64,000 bases of DNA from Chiloscyllium plagiosum. Taxonomy: Eukaryota. Position numbers and translations under genes: made by a program. The notes under the pieces are model-generated. The model was not told the DNA's origin, did no database searches, and saw nothing but the letters and a program-made list of their open reading frames with translations. The stretch covers positions 11,930,236-11,994,235 of the forward strand of contig NC_057746.1 of NCBI RefSeq assembly GCF_004010195.1, written 5' to 3'. Shown here one piece after another: positions 39,050-49,850 of this stretch (positions are counted from its first letter, which is position 1; the number at the start of each line of letters is the position of its first letter).

Positions 39050-41660
39050 TCATAGAACATAGAAAATTACAGCGTAGGATAGGCCCTTCGGCCCTCGATG
39101 TTGCGCTGCCGTGTCATACTAATCTGAAGACCACCCCACCTACACTATTCCATGTACATCCACATGCCTGTCCAATGACGACTTAAATGCACTTAAGCTT
39201 GGCGAATCTACTACCGTTGCAGGCAAAGCATTCCATACCCTTACTACTCAACGAGTAAACAACCTCTGACATCTGTCTTATACCTATCTTCCCTCACTTA
39301 AACGTTGTGTCCCCTCGTGTGTGCCGTTCCCATACTTGGAAATCAGGTTCAGTGAGCTTTCCTCACTTATCAATGCCAGGCAGAATGTTCTCTCTGGGAG
39401 GAATGTCACTGCAGCAGCAGCACAGGCAGGAGCTGAGCACTGGGACGGGGAGGATGGCTGTCACAGCTGAACTCATGCCAATTGTCTGGAAGTTGAAACT
39501 TCTAATTTACAATTATCTGAATTCTGGATGCCTCTGAAAAATGGAGAACCATTAAGGTTCAGAGACTTTGGAGTGTTACAGTTGAGTATTTACGTTAATA
39601 TGATTTGAGAAATTAACAAGTACGCTTTAACTTTAATAGCTATCAAAATGATACGCAGTTCACCACCAAACCTCATCTCTCAGACTAACCACTGCACTTA
39701 CTCTGTCTAGACCAAAATTTCCACTCACATTGACAAACCCTACCCTGTTATACACCCATTCATGCCCGGACCACGCAACCCCTATCACAAGAAACACATC
39801 CAAGGCAATCCATATTGGTAGTGTAGCTGAGCAGCGAGATCTCTGGGTTCATGTACATAGATCCCTAAAAGTTGCCAGCCAGGTTGATAGGGTTGTTAAG
39901 AAGGCATATTTTGTGTTTACATTCATCGATAGAGGGACGGAGTTTCAGAACCACGAGGTTAGGCTGCAGCTGTACTCTGGTGTGGCCGCACTTGGAGTAT
40001 TGTGTATTGTTCTGGTCACCACATTATAGGGAGAGTGTGGAAGCTTTGGAAGAGTTCAGAGGAGGTTTACTAGGATGTTGCTTGGTATGGCGGGAAGGTT
40101 TTATGAGGAAAGAATGAGGGTCTTAAGGCTGTTTTTGTTTGAGAGAAGAAGGTTGAGAGGTTAATTGAGACATAAAAGATAAACAGAGGGTGGACAGTGA
40201 GTCTTTTTCCTTGGATAGTGATGGCTAGGAGGAGGGGACATAGCTTTAATTTGAGGGCTGATAGATAGAGGACATATGTCAGAGGTTGTTTCTTTACTCA
40301 GAGCGTCGTAAGGGCATGGAATGCACTGCCTGCAACAATAGTACACTCGCCAACTTTAAGGGCATTTAAAAGGTCATTGTATAAACATATGGGTGAAAAT
40401 GGAATAGTGTAGGATAGATAGGCTTCAGATTGGTTCCACAGGTCAGTGCAACATCAAGGGCTGAAGGGCCTGTACTGCACTGCAATGTTTTATCTTCTAT
40501 ATTCCAGATGGACATATGAACTTAATTCATTTCACTAATTTCCATTCCTGCCACCCTGCACCTGGCCCATGGTGAATCTAGCCCTGACCATACCTGGCAC
40601 CGTAATTTTCACAACCTCTAACAGAAGCCCACTACCCGAGGCATTACCTCAGCCCTTGGTCACTGACCTCTCATCATACCCAAGTCAACCTGTGCACTTT
40701 GCATCCTAGCTCCTTTCGCATCTGTGCTTTACCACCTACCATTTTTTCAGACTCCGAGCTTTGCCTTTTGACATCATGTCCACCTGCCACTGCATTACTG
40801 TGACCTTCCACCCCCGAAACATCCTGGCACTCTGCCCACCTCTCCACAAACCAGCCTGGCACCCTTCTGATCTCTACACAAACCAGCCTGGCAAAGAAAG
40901 ACCTCCTGCATTTCAGCTCAAACTACCCCTCACCTACCAAGCACAATTCGACCAAATTATCCTGTGGCCATTACGATTTACCTTGATGCCACCTTGCCAG
41001 ATAGGGTGCATGCAAGCTTACCCTGCAGCCACCCAACATCTCACAGCCTACCAGCCCAAAATCTCCCACATGCCCAATCTAGCCCCTCACTTGCTCACCA
41101 ACTTCCAACTTCGAGCCTACTCCACCATAAAATCAGTGGGTCATAAAGTCACATAGCACAGAAACAGTTTCTTTGGTACAGCTCATCCATGCTGACCAGA
41201 GTTCCCAAATTAAGCTAATTCCACTAGCCTGCCTTTGGCCCATATCCATCCAGACCGATCCAATTCCTGTAGCTGTTCAAATGTCTACTGTTCGACCTAT
41301 CTCTGCATTTACCACTTCGTCTGGCAGTTCATTCCAACTCCTGCACTCAGTGCTCTGACCAATGAAGTTGGTGCCAAACACCTGCAACACACTAGCTACT
41401 TGAGACAACACTTTTCAAGACTCTATGAGTCTGAACCCTCAGGGCCCTGTGTTTAACATCACTACCCAGTGCCTACCATTAACTCTGTAATTTGTGACCC
41501 AATTTGTCTTCTCAAAAAGCAACACATCGGATTCATTTAACTTAAACTCCATTTGCCACTCCTCAGCCCATTGGCCCAGCTGATCAAGATCTCATTGTAC
41601 GTTTAGATAACTTTCACTGCCAATTATACCACCAATTTTGGCGTTACGTGCAAACTTACA
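39050..41660. mobile_element. CR1 3' fragments (39050-39340 minus, 39815-40505 plus, 41150-41660 minus)
   Basis: Homologous to the CR1 3' ends elsewhere in the window. Confidence 0.75.
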
Positions 41661-44600
41661 AACCAGGCCGCATTCAATGTTTTCATGGCTTTCAACCAAT
41701 ATTGTAGCCTGTTTGCCTTTCTCCCACATATTCGTAGCATTTTTTTTAAGAATTGAAGGAATCTATCTCCTTATTGAAATCATTTAATGTTTTGACCTCA
41801 ATCAATTCCTGCGGCGGAAAATTCCAAAGGTTCACCATTCTTTTGTTGAAGAGTAAACAATCAGGTTCAATGCTATCGGTGTGTTGGGAAGACTGGTGAG
41901 CAGCAAGATTTCTGATGATCCCATGAATGGAATAGCATTCCAGAGGGGCCGAGGTGCCTTCTTCAGCTTCCAAATTGCATGCTGACATGTCCCTTCGGCA
42001 ACATGTTCCAAAACTGTGATCCTTGAGGAGAAAGGCGCACATGCATGTAAATGTTTCTCCTGAAAACTTTCCTCCAAATCAGACTTCAACTTGACTCTCA
42101 ACTATTTCTCTGCCCGTTTCCTCTTCCTCAATCACAGCCATGGGACTCACTGTGCTGTGAATGTGCTAATACCACACAAACTTCAGCAATTCAAATAGAC
42201 TGATGACAACTGGTTTCTTAAGGCAAGATAAAAAGTCTGACACTTCCACGCCTGCCTAGAGATTCAAAAAACCACTGGAAGATTTGAAAATTATTTGAGT
42301 CACTTGTGTGTCTACACAAGATGACATGGTTTCCTTTTGTGTGATTTGACTGTGTGTTCACTGAATGAACAGAGCTATTTCTTAATCATATAATAGGAAT
42401 GATGCTTCCCTCATTTTTAGCAAGGCAATCACACATTATATTTCTTTATTCCAGGGAAGTATAGTGTTAAATTAATGGAATATGATGATTGGTATGCTTC
42501 AATTGGAAATTGTCAGAGATTTAAAACTTACTTTCATGAGCAATTAGTTCCAGCCTCATTGTGTCACTTTAAATATTCAGAGAAATGTCTTTCAGAAATG
42601 GTGTCTCCCCTTGTTATGAGCAGTCGAATCAGTAAATCTGGGATAGTTTTTGCTTGTTAATCAAAAGTATTAAAGAGCTTTAGCCAAAGCTAGGCCTGTG
42701 GATTTAACTCGCAGATGCACCATGATCTAAGTAAGTGGTGGAACAGCTCGAGGGACTGAGTGCCCTCCTCTTGCTCCTACCTTCCTATCATTGTGTGATT
42801 CATTAAGCTAGCACTGGTGGTGAACACTTTTTATTAAAATATTTCAACAAATTAATTGTTTCACACATGCGTTTAAAAAAAAACTTTAGTTCATTATTTG
42901 GAACGGGATTATTGACATTCTCTACTTGAGTAATCAAAATAACTTCCACCCAATTATAGCAGCTACTGCACTCTGGAGTGTGTTGTTACTTCATGATAGT
43001 TTCTTGTGAAACTGCAGCTCGAGATCAATGCGCTCAAAATCAATGATTGTCTGATATTTAATATCTCTGAACATTCCCAATTTGTCCAAATGCATCTTTT
43101 CTCTGAAGAATGTGTTTCATCGAACAGAACATTTTTTAATGAAAAAACAAAATTTAATGCTGGAAAACCAAAATAAAGACGGACATTTCTGAAGAAACTC
43201 AGCAGGTCTAGCAGCTCCTGTGAAGATAAAGCAATGTTAGCCTTTCGCATCCAGAGACCCCCTTTGCAGCAAATTGTTTTCATGTTTTTTGGCACAAGAG
43301 CTCACACCTGTTGATAACGTTTGCTTGACTCCTGTTGGAAAAAGGATTCTTAGCAGAGGTCCTGGATGGTCTGAGAAAGCAATTGAAGACCAATCGAAAA
43401 ACTATCACCATCTGCTGCAAGTGTCGGATTCAGCGGAACCCCCACCGTACTGAACAAACAAATTCTGCAAATCACTGGTTTAATATAAAATAAACAGCCT
43501 AAGCATAATCTAACAAATATGCTTCGAAAATGATTCATTCTGGATTAGTTGTAATGATATTGTTAGAACAGCAAGTCAAAAGCTGGGATTTCTTTGAGCA
43601 CTTACTCCATTAACCCCATCTAGCGATGCCCAAAAGCTTGTGAACAAATATTGATCTGGAAAAAGCTGCTAACCACCAAAATTCTGTTTAATATCTAAGA
43701 GACACAAATCGGGACAGCGATTGAATAGATCTCACTGGCCTCTGTGACTGGAATTCCAACAAACACCCAAACATCTCAATCAGCTTTCTTGCATTGAAGT
43801 AACCTGATAAGTTATGGTGTTACATACTTCTCTAACAGGTTGTAAGCGAGCACAGTCCACCTGGCACAGAATCAGGGACCCTACTACAACATCACAACAG
43901 ACATGAACACAATGAGCTCGACACTATCACTTTGACAGTACATAAACTATGTTAGTTATTAACACCTTCCAACAACCAGGGATTGTTCCAGAATGTTTGA
44001 CAATGAAAGTAACTTTTCAACATTTATCCAAGAATACTTTGACAGCAGCTCCGAATTGTTCAAACTCTATGGGAACTACAGAGGAGTAAAACCAGGAATT
44101 TCATTGCCATCAATTCACTGTCAATGGATATTACGCTAGTACTCTCTTCCTCTTTCCCCTGTGAATGTTGCTGCACCAGATGGTTTTGAAGTGTAATGTG
44201 ACTGTTGCCAGTGACATTAAAGGCTGATGATAGGTTTTCAAATAATAAGGTGCATAAAACTTCTGATTCTACTTTGTGACACTAAATATGTCCTGCAGAA
44301 CTGAGGCACAAAGAAAATCTGCCTCGCTCAATCAATAATCTCTTGTTGCCAACAACCAATTTCAAAACTCTTGCTATCTACCTTTTGTTCCTGAAATGTT
44401 CGTTCTGAATGGAACAACTTAGTCAGGGCTCTCAATTCTGAGGCGCCTAATCGAATATTGCATTTCTGGCAGATAGATGTGGTTTTGAAGCACGAGATGA
44501 AATTAAACTATCTGAGATTCAGGTATCCGAACTGGACAATTTACAAATGGTCAGGACTGTTAACAAGTTAGTTGGAGATAACACTGAAACAAACTGCACA

Positions 44601-45054
44601 ACAGACTTAATCCTAGCAGATACATTGCTCAATTCCTCACGTCAAATATATTCACTGTAATTAAACATTCATCAGAGGAACTAACCAGAGGATTAATGTG
44701 GACAAGAATGTGTTCACCGTGAACATAAATAACCACTGAGTTAATATACTTAATATAAGTCATTGTATTTAACAAAATTATTGAGGTGGGAAATATCACC
44801 AATTAAAGCACAGATCCAGAGGAAATGGATTACTCTCTAAATTAATTTTACATATTCTGAAAACATTTCTTGAACTGTGGAGATTTTGCATGCACTGCAT
44901 AAAGTCAATACGGCATTCCAGTGTGAAAAGCATTTCTGTTGAAGAAACTAGGGCAAGTTTTTTTTTGTTAACTGGTTTTAATATACAAAAATGTTTAAAA
45001 AGGTATGAATTGAAAACATGCTTCTGTCTGGAGTTGCCCGCTTTAACGGATGTC

Positions 45055-45355
45055 TAAGTAAATGCGGGCAATGCTGCCTCACAGATCCAGGTACCCAGGC
45101 TCGGTTCCACCCTCGGGTGACTGTCTGTGCGGAGTTCACACATCCTCCCCTGTGTCTATTTGGGTTTCCTCCCTCAATCCAAAGATCTGCACATCAGGTG
45201 AACTGGTCATGCTATATTGTCCATAGTGTTAGGTGCATTAGTCAGGGGTAAATATAGGGTAGGGCAATGGGTCTGGGTGGGTTACTCTTCAGAAGGTCGG
45301 TGTGGACTTGTTGGGCCGAATGACCCGATACATACTCAAGGAAATCTAATCTAAA
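45055..45355 (+). mobile_element. HE1-like SINE (diverged)
   Basis: Core, tail and AATCT repeat. Confidence 0.8.
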
Positions 45356-45574
45356 TGATTGTCACACTTAGCTAATGTGAGCAGATTCTTTCCGATCGCT
45401 ACATTGCAATAAATCGCTCAAGTATATGAATTAAAATAACTAATGCTCTATTTTCAGTGTTTGAATAAACAATGTGCTCTGTTATTGTCTAGTTCATATC
45501 TTCTGAAAATTTGTGAACTCTGCAGCCGTCTATACATTCATGTAAAATGAATTCTCTACTCCCATGGTTTTAAG

Positions 45575-45922
45575 AGTAGAGTTCCTACAGTATGGAAACA
45601 GGCCATTTGGCCCAAAAATTCCACACTGACCTTCTGAACAGTAAGTAGCCCGCCCAGACCAATTCCCCCTAACTTATATTTTCCCCTGACTAATGCACCC
45701 TAACCTAGACATCCCTGAACAATATGGCTGTGCTGAATTGCAAAATCACCTGCCCTGCACATCTTTGGACTGTGGGATGAAATCGGAGCACCCGGAGGAA
45801 ACCCACGCAGACACAAGGAGAATGTGCAAACTCCACGCAGACAGTCACCCGAGGGTGGAATCGAACCTCGGATCCTGGCCCTGTGAGGCAGCAGTGCCGA
45901 ACACTGAGCCACCACGATGCCC
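45575..45922 (-). mobile_element. HE1-like SINE
   Basis: A and B boxes plus core on the minus strand. Confidence 0.85.
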
Positions 45923-46799
45923 TGTGAGTTCCTGAGTGGATTATTTTAATTAATTCGAAGTTTGGCCTTGGTCGCATAATTCACTATTGCAGTTGTTTCC
46001 GAAAGAATGACTCTTCAGTTGATATTTTGTTATAAAATGTAACTATTCATTTAAAACGGACAGATTGGGAACACCTAAAGCAGTGTGCAGATTAACTAAT
46101 TCAGTTAATGTTTTATTTTTATCCTGCAAATCCAGTTTAATCAGGAACATAACAATTAATTAACTCAAGATACTTGTGAAAACAATCAAAGCAGTGAACC
46201 TGGTCTGTTCTTCATCAAATCGAGCAAAATTTCCAAATGGTCTTTGCCAATGATCTTTTCCAGCCAGAAAAATTATGTGTAGTGTACAGTGGAATTGAAA
46301 GGTGTTTCTTGATCAATTATAATACGGTCATGGCATTTTTGCTCAAGAGCAAGAACTTTTAAAACATTATATTTTTGAAATTCTATTTATATTTCTCTAT
46401 GACTTGTAAACTGTTTAAAGACAGATCTTGTGAATGAACTAGATAGTTGAGTTCTGAATGTGGATTGTAAAACATGGATTAGATTAATCCTTAATTATTA
46501 CTTCTTAGTAAAGATTACACCCGAAGGTATCTGTTTTCCCTTCATTTCCAAAATCTTTGCGATTTGCCTTTCACTTAATATTAGGCTTTATGAAATTTCT
46601 ACTCGCATGCTGATTGCATTGAATGAGGAACCTGCAGCGGTTCACTATACAATGTTAACAGTGCAAAAACAATGTCGAAACCAGAAACTGTATCCCAAAT
46701 ATAACAAATTTAATGTTACCCAAGCACATATAAGTTTAACAAATGCAGAAGTGATTCATGAAAAACAAAGAACTTCACAATTATTGGTAATGAAAAGTA

Positions 46800-47175
46800 A
46801 TCCAGAGAGACATTCTCCTCACCAGAAAGAAAACACCGATTACAGAAAGCATGAAAACGCAGATCAATTCTACAAACTGAATAAGAATCTAATCGACTCA
46901 ATTCAACAGAATCAAGAAAAATAAAATCAGATTCCAATCAACTCAAAACAACAGATTTAAATGAAATATAATCAGAATCCAACCAATTCAATTCAACAGA
47001 ATCAAATAAAACAATTTCAACAGGCAATCAACGCAATTCAATAAAACCAAGTAAATACAAAGTCATAACCCAAACAATTCAGTTCAGACCGAATCAGCTA
47101 AAACAAAGCCAAGATCCAATCAACTCAATTCAACAGAATCAAGTAAAACAAACTCAGAATCTCATCAACAGAATG
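46800..47175 (+). repeat. Degenerate ~45-bp tandem repeat in the J-CH1 intron
   Basis: Unit approximately AATCAACTCAATTCAACAGAATCAAGTAAAACAAACTCAGAATCC, about 6-8 copies. Confidence 0.8.
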
Positions 47176-47691
47176 AAATATAGCACCGCAAGAAAATTTT
47201 ATGACAGTTTCTAACCTGCTTGTCATCAACAAAATTAACAAAATAAATGAGAAAATATAATCATGGTAAGAACATTATGTATACGGCGAATATATTCAAG
47301 AAATGAATAATATTATTTTAGCATATTTTAATCATGTTTGGTAATATTTCGAACATCTTTAAAGTCTTAGCATTTGTTGTTGATAATAAAACTCACAGTC
47401 AGGGTGTCACTGGCATTAAACATTATTTATACCTGGCTGATTAAGAGACATTAGGTGTTTCAAGTAGCCCAGCCACACAGAATGCCCCAAAAAAATACAC
47501 CAAGCAACTGACTCCATCATCACCGTTTTAACTATTTGCTGAGCCTAAACTGAAGTCTATAATCAGTCTGAACAAAAATCAATCCGAACCAAACCAAACT
47601 TACCAAAGAATGTGAGTTTCATTTAATTCAGAAATTAGTCACATTAATAGAAAGTTTTTAAAAAGTCACAAAGCAAGTTCAAGGGTTTTTC

Positions 47692-47767
47692 CTGAAGTCA
47701 CAGTCACCATGCTCCCTTGGCCCCAGTAGCCAAGAATATCACTGTGAGACACACTGTGTCAAATACT
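47692..47767 (-). other. IGHJ: Joined DH2-JH segment (47692-47739; ILGYWGQGSMVTVTS) preceded by a D-type 12-RSS (47740-47767)
   Basis: AGTATTTGA-12-CACAGTG, then ATAT running straight into TCTTGGCTACTGGGGCCAAGGG (WGQG motif). No D2 3' RSS, D2-J spacer or J 22/23-RSS. The J donor reads GAAAAA instead of GT. Confidence 0.88.
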
Positions 47768-48069
47768 ATGACAGACTGTAAACTGTAAAATGCAGATAAT
47801 TTCATCACTTCCTGGAAAGCAGTGATTCAGACTCCTCTAAAAATGATTCAGTGCATTATTTCAGCTTTTACTATTCATTGTATTTTGAAAGCTTGGAATA
47901 ATTTTACAGGTTTTGTCTGCATTTAACTTGACAATCAACACGAAGAAGGTAGAAAAAAATATACATTTGTACAAACTAGCACTACTGGATTGCATTTAAA
48001 TTGCATCTCACATTATCTCTCGCTCCTGACACGGTAGAAATCACCAACTTGAGATAAATCCTTGTCAGT

Positions 48070-48149
48070 GTTTTTTGTATGAGGATGTCGCTGTGCACAA
48101 CACTGTGACCCACTGTAGTATCACAATGATATAAACCAGTACACTTATT
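48070..48149 (-). other. DH1 segment (core 48108-48121 ATACTACAGTGGGT) with 12-RSS and 22-RSS
   Basis: AATAAGTGT-12-CATTGTG / D / CACAGTG-22-ACAAAAAAC. The 12/22 arrangement and TACTACAGTGGGT core are characteristic of shark D1. Confidence 0.92.
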
Positions 48150-48503
48150 ATCTGTTCTTTACTCCAGGTCTCAGTTTTCATTTGAAAGAGCCATTTAGTA
48201 CTGATCATGTTTAGAATTAATGCCATAGTTGACATAATAATTAGCAGTGATTTCCTGAGTTGTCAGATATATTAAAACTAACATTTTGTCCAAGCATTTA
48301 ATTGATGGAAGTGTTAGCAGTGCATATAACATGCCCAAAACATTGTCCCATTGTATTACCAGTTTGACAGTTTAAATGGTACATTTCCTATTTGATAGTT
48401 TTGTACGAGGCAGCCTGAGGTCTGCTTCAGATCGCAGTTGGCATAATTGCATTTAAAACGCGTACTGACCGTCAGTTTATGATGGAATTGACAAAATGTT
48501 CCC

Positions 48504-48542
48504 TATTTTTGAATGGTCCAGACCTGGGTTCCTCTCGCTGTG
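48504..48542 (-). other. VH 3' RSS (23-bp spacer)
   Basis: CACAGCG + AGAGGAACCCAGGTCTGGACCAT (23 nt) + TCAAAAATA. Confidence 0.88.
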
Positions 48543-48846
48543 GTCTTCGATCTTCAGGCTCTTGTGGTCTTCGATCTTCAGGCTCCCCATGTCCAACGCG
48601 AAAATGTATTTTAATGTGTCTTTGGACGCCGCAGTAAATCGACCCTTAATCGCTGGTGCATAGTTATTGCTGGATGAACTACAGTAGCTAACCAGCACTC
48701 CAGACCCTGTCCCGGAACCTGTCGGACCCAGTCCATGTAGGTGCTGCCAAGATTGAACCCGCTGGTTTTACAGGTCAGTTTCAAGCTGCCTGCGGGACGG
48801 CCAGTCTTTGCCTCTGGCTGAGTCAAAACAACCTCCGACTGGACAC
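48543..48846 (-). pseudogene. IGHV: VH segment ([92 protein letters not shown])
   Basis: Ig V motifs LTC, WVRQ, GLE and RFT. A 1-nt deletion in the FR2 Trp codon splits it into ORFs 48611-48826 and 48477-48698. TAIYYCAR is missing and replaced by a duplicated SLKIEDH. Confidence 0.95.
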
Positions 48847-48974
48847 CTTTAAAAAGAAAACAAATAAACCATGAGCATTAATGCTGATGAAATGATGGCT
48901 GAGTCTTTTATATTCCCGTGGTAGACTAACATTGAGACAGTAACAAAGAGAGATTTAAACAAAGAAATATTCAC

Positions 48975-49025
48975 ATGACAAAAAAAAGTCAGTAGCAAAC
49001 TGAGAAAAAGTGTCGACACAATCAT
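48975..49025 (-). pseudogene. IGHV: VH leader exon (MIVSTLFLSLLLTF..), out of phase
   Basis: Hydrophobic signal peptide typical of shark VH leaders; donor GTGAAT at 48974. The exon is 51 nt (phase 0), while the V exon begins in phase 1 (AG|GT GTC CAG TCG). The slip lies in an 8-T run. Confidence 0.85.
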
Positions 49026-49112
49026 TCTGATAACTTGTGGGAAACGGTTCTGTCAAGATCTTCCTAAACAAAACCGACCCAGGAGTGTTGAATTACGGTC
49101 CAGTGCCCAGGA

Positions 49113-49118
49113 TTTATA
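49113..49118 (-). promoter_or_regulatory. TATA box of VH promoter
   Basis: CATATAAATC on the minus strand about 88 nt upstream of the leader ATG at 49025. Confidence 0.65.
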
Positions 49119-49401
49119 TGGCCATCGGAAGGGGCAGGCTGACAGTTTTCGGCCTGTTGGTTTCCTGCTGAAGGCTGAGACTGGTTCCAGGTATCAGCTT
49201 GCACAGCCCGAACACATGGGATAATGTCTTTACATGAGGTTATGTTTAAACATGGACATATACACATCTTGGAATATTTGTTTTGCTGAATAGCTTCTTT
49301 GGAAGTGCTTTTTTTGTAAATGGTGGAAGTAAAATTGAGTAGCTTCAGGTCTGTTTCACATGATAGTTGCAAGTATTTTGTTTAAAAAAATAATTCAATT
49401 G

Positions 49402-49850
49402 GAAGTTAGCTCCCTTTATTTCTACATTCAACCACGAGCAGATAAAACTAAAATCAAAGTTCAAGCATATTACTGGCTAGTAAAACAATTGAGCTTTTTT
49501 TCCCCTGGATACTGCAAGTCTCTGTCCCACTACAAAATAACCTGTAATTCATACTAAACATTTTAAAATTCAATTTAGGCAACTGAATACACAGCGTATC
49601 CAAAGTAGTTATATTTAGAATATTCAAGTAGAAGTTAACTCCCTTTAATTCTACATTCAACCACAAGCAGATAAAGCTAAAAAGAACTTCAATAATATTA
49701 TTAGCCAACAAAATTAGTGACTTTATTTGTGCTGTCACTCAAAGTCTCTCTCTCTCATTACAAAATAACATACCATTTCTAATCTGCGTTTCTCAATTCA
49801 GTTTAGGCAACCTAATATGGAGCATGACTAAAGTGATTATGTTCAGAATG
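49402..49850 (+). repeat. Diverged ~230-bp tandem duplication upstream of the VH promoter
   Basis: GAAGTTA-CTCCCTTTA-TTCTACATTCAACCAC-AGCAGATAAA..TTTAGGCAAC occurs at 49402 and again at 49631. Confidence 0.85.

Larger units (their letters stand above)
29420..49120 (-). pseudogene. IGHM: Shark IgM heavy-chain cluster (L-V-D1-D2J-CH1-CH2-CH3-[CH4 in gap]-TM1-TM2), pseudogene
   Basis: All segments are collinear on the minus strand with RSSs and shark IgM-like translations. Multiple independent inactivating lesions (see the individual segments). Confidence 0.93.

Noticed and set aside
42148-42185. RSS-like CACTGTG..ACACAAACT in the J-C intron
   Set aside because: The spacer is not 12 or 22/23 and there is no adjacent D or J coding motif.
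43306-43449. Possible extra exon with AG/GT ends in the J-C intron
   Set aside because: No Ig-like or other recognisable translation; the splice-like sites are compatible with chance.
46800-47175. CRISPR-like array
   Set aside because: Eukaryotic DNA; degenerate tandem units with no unique spacers and no cas genes.
29420-49120. Assignment as IgNAR, IgW or IgM1gj
   Set aside because: The V has full FR2/CDR2, CH1-CH3 and TM match IgM, CH2 is present, and VDJ is not fully joined.
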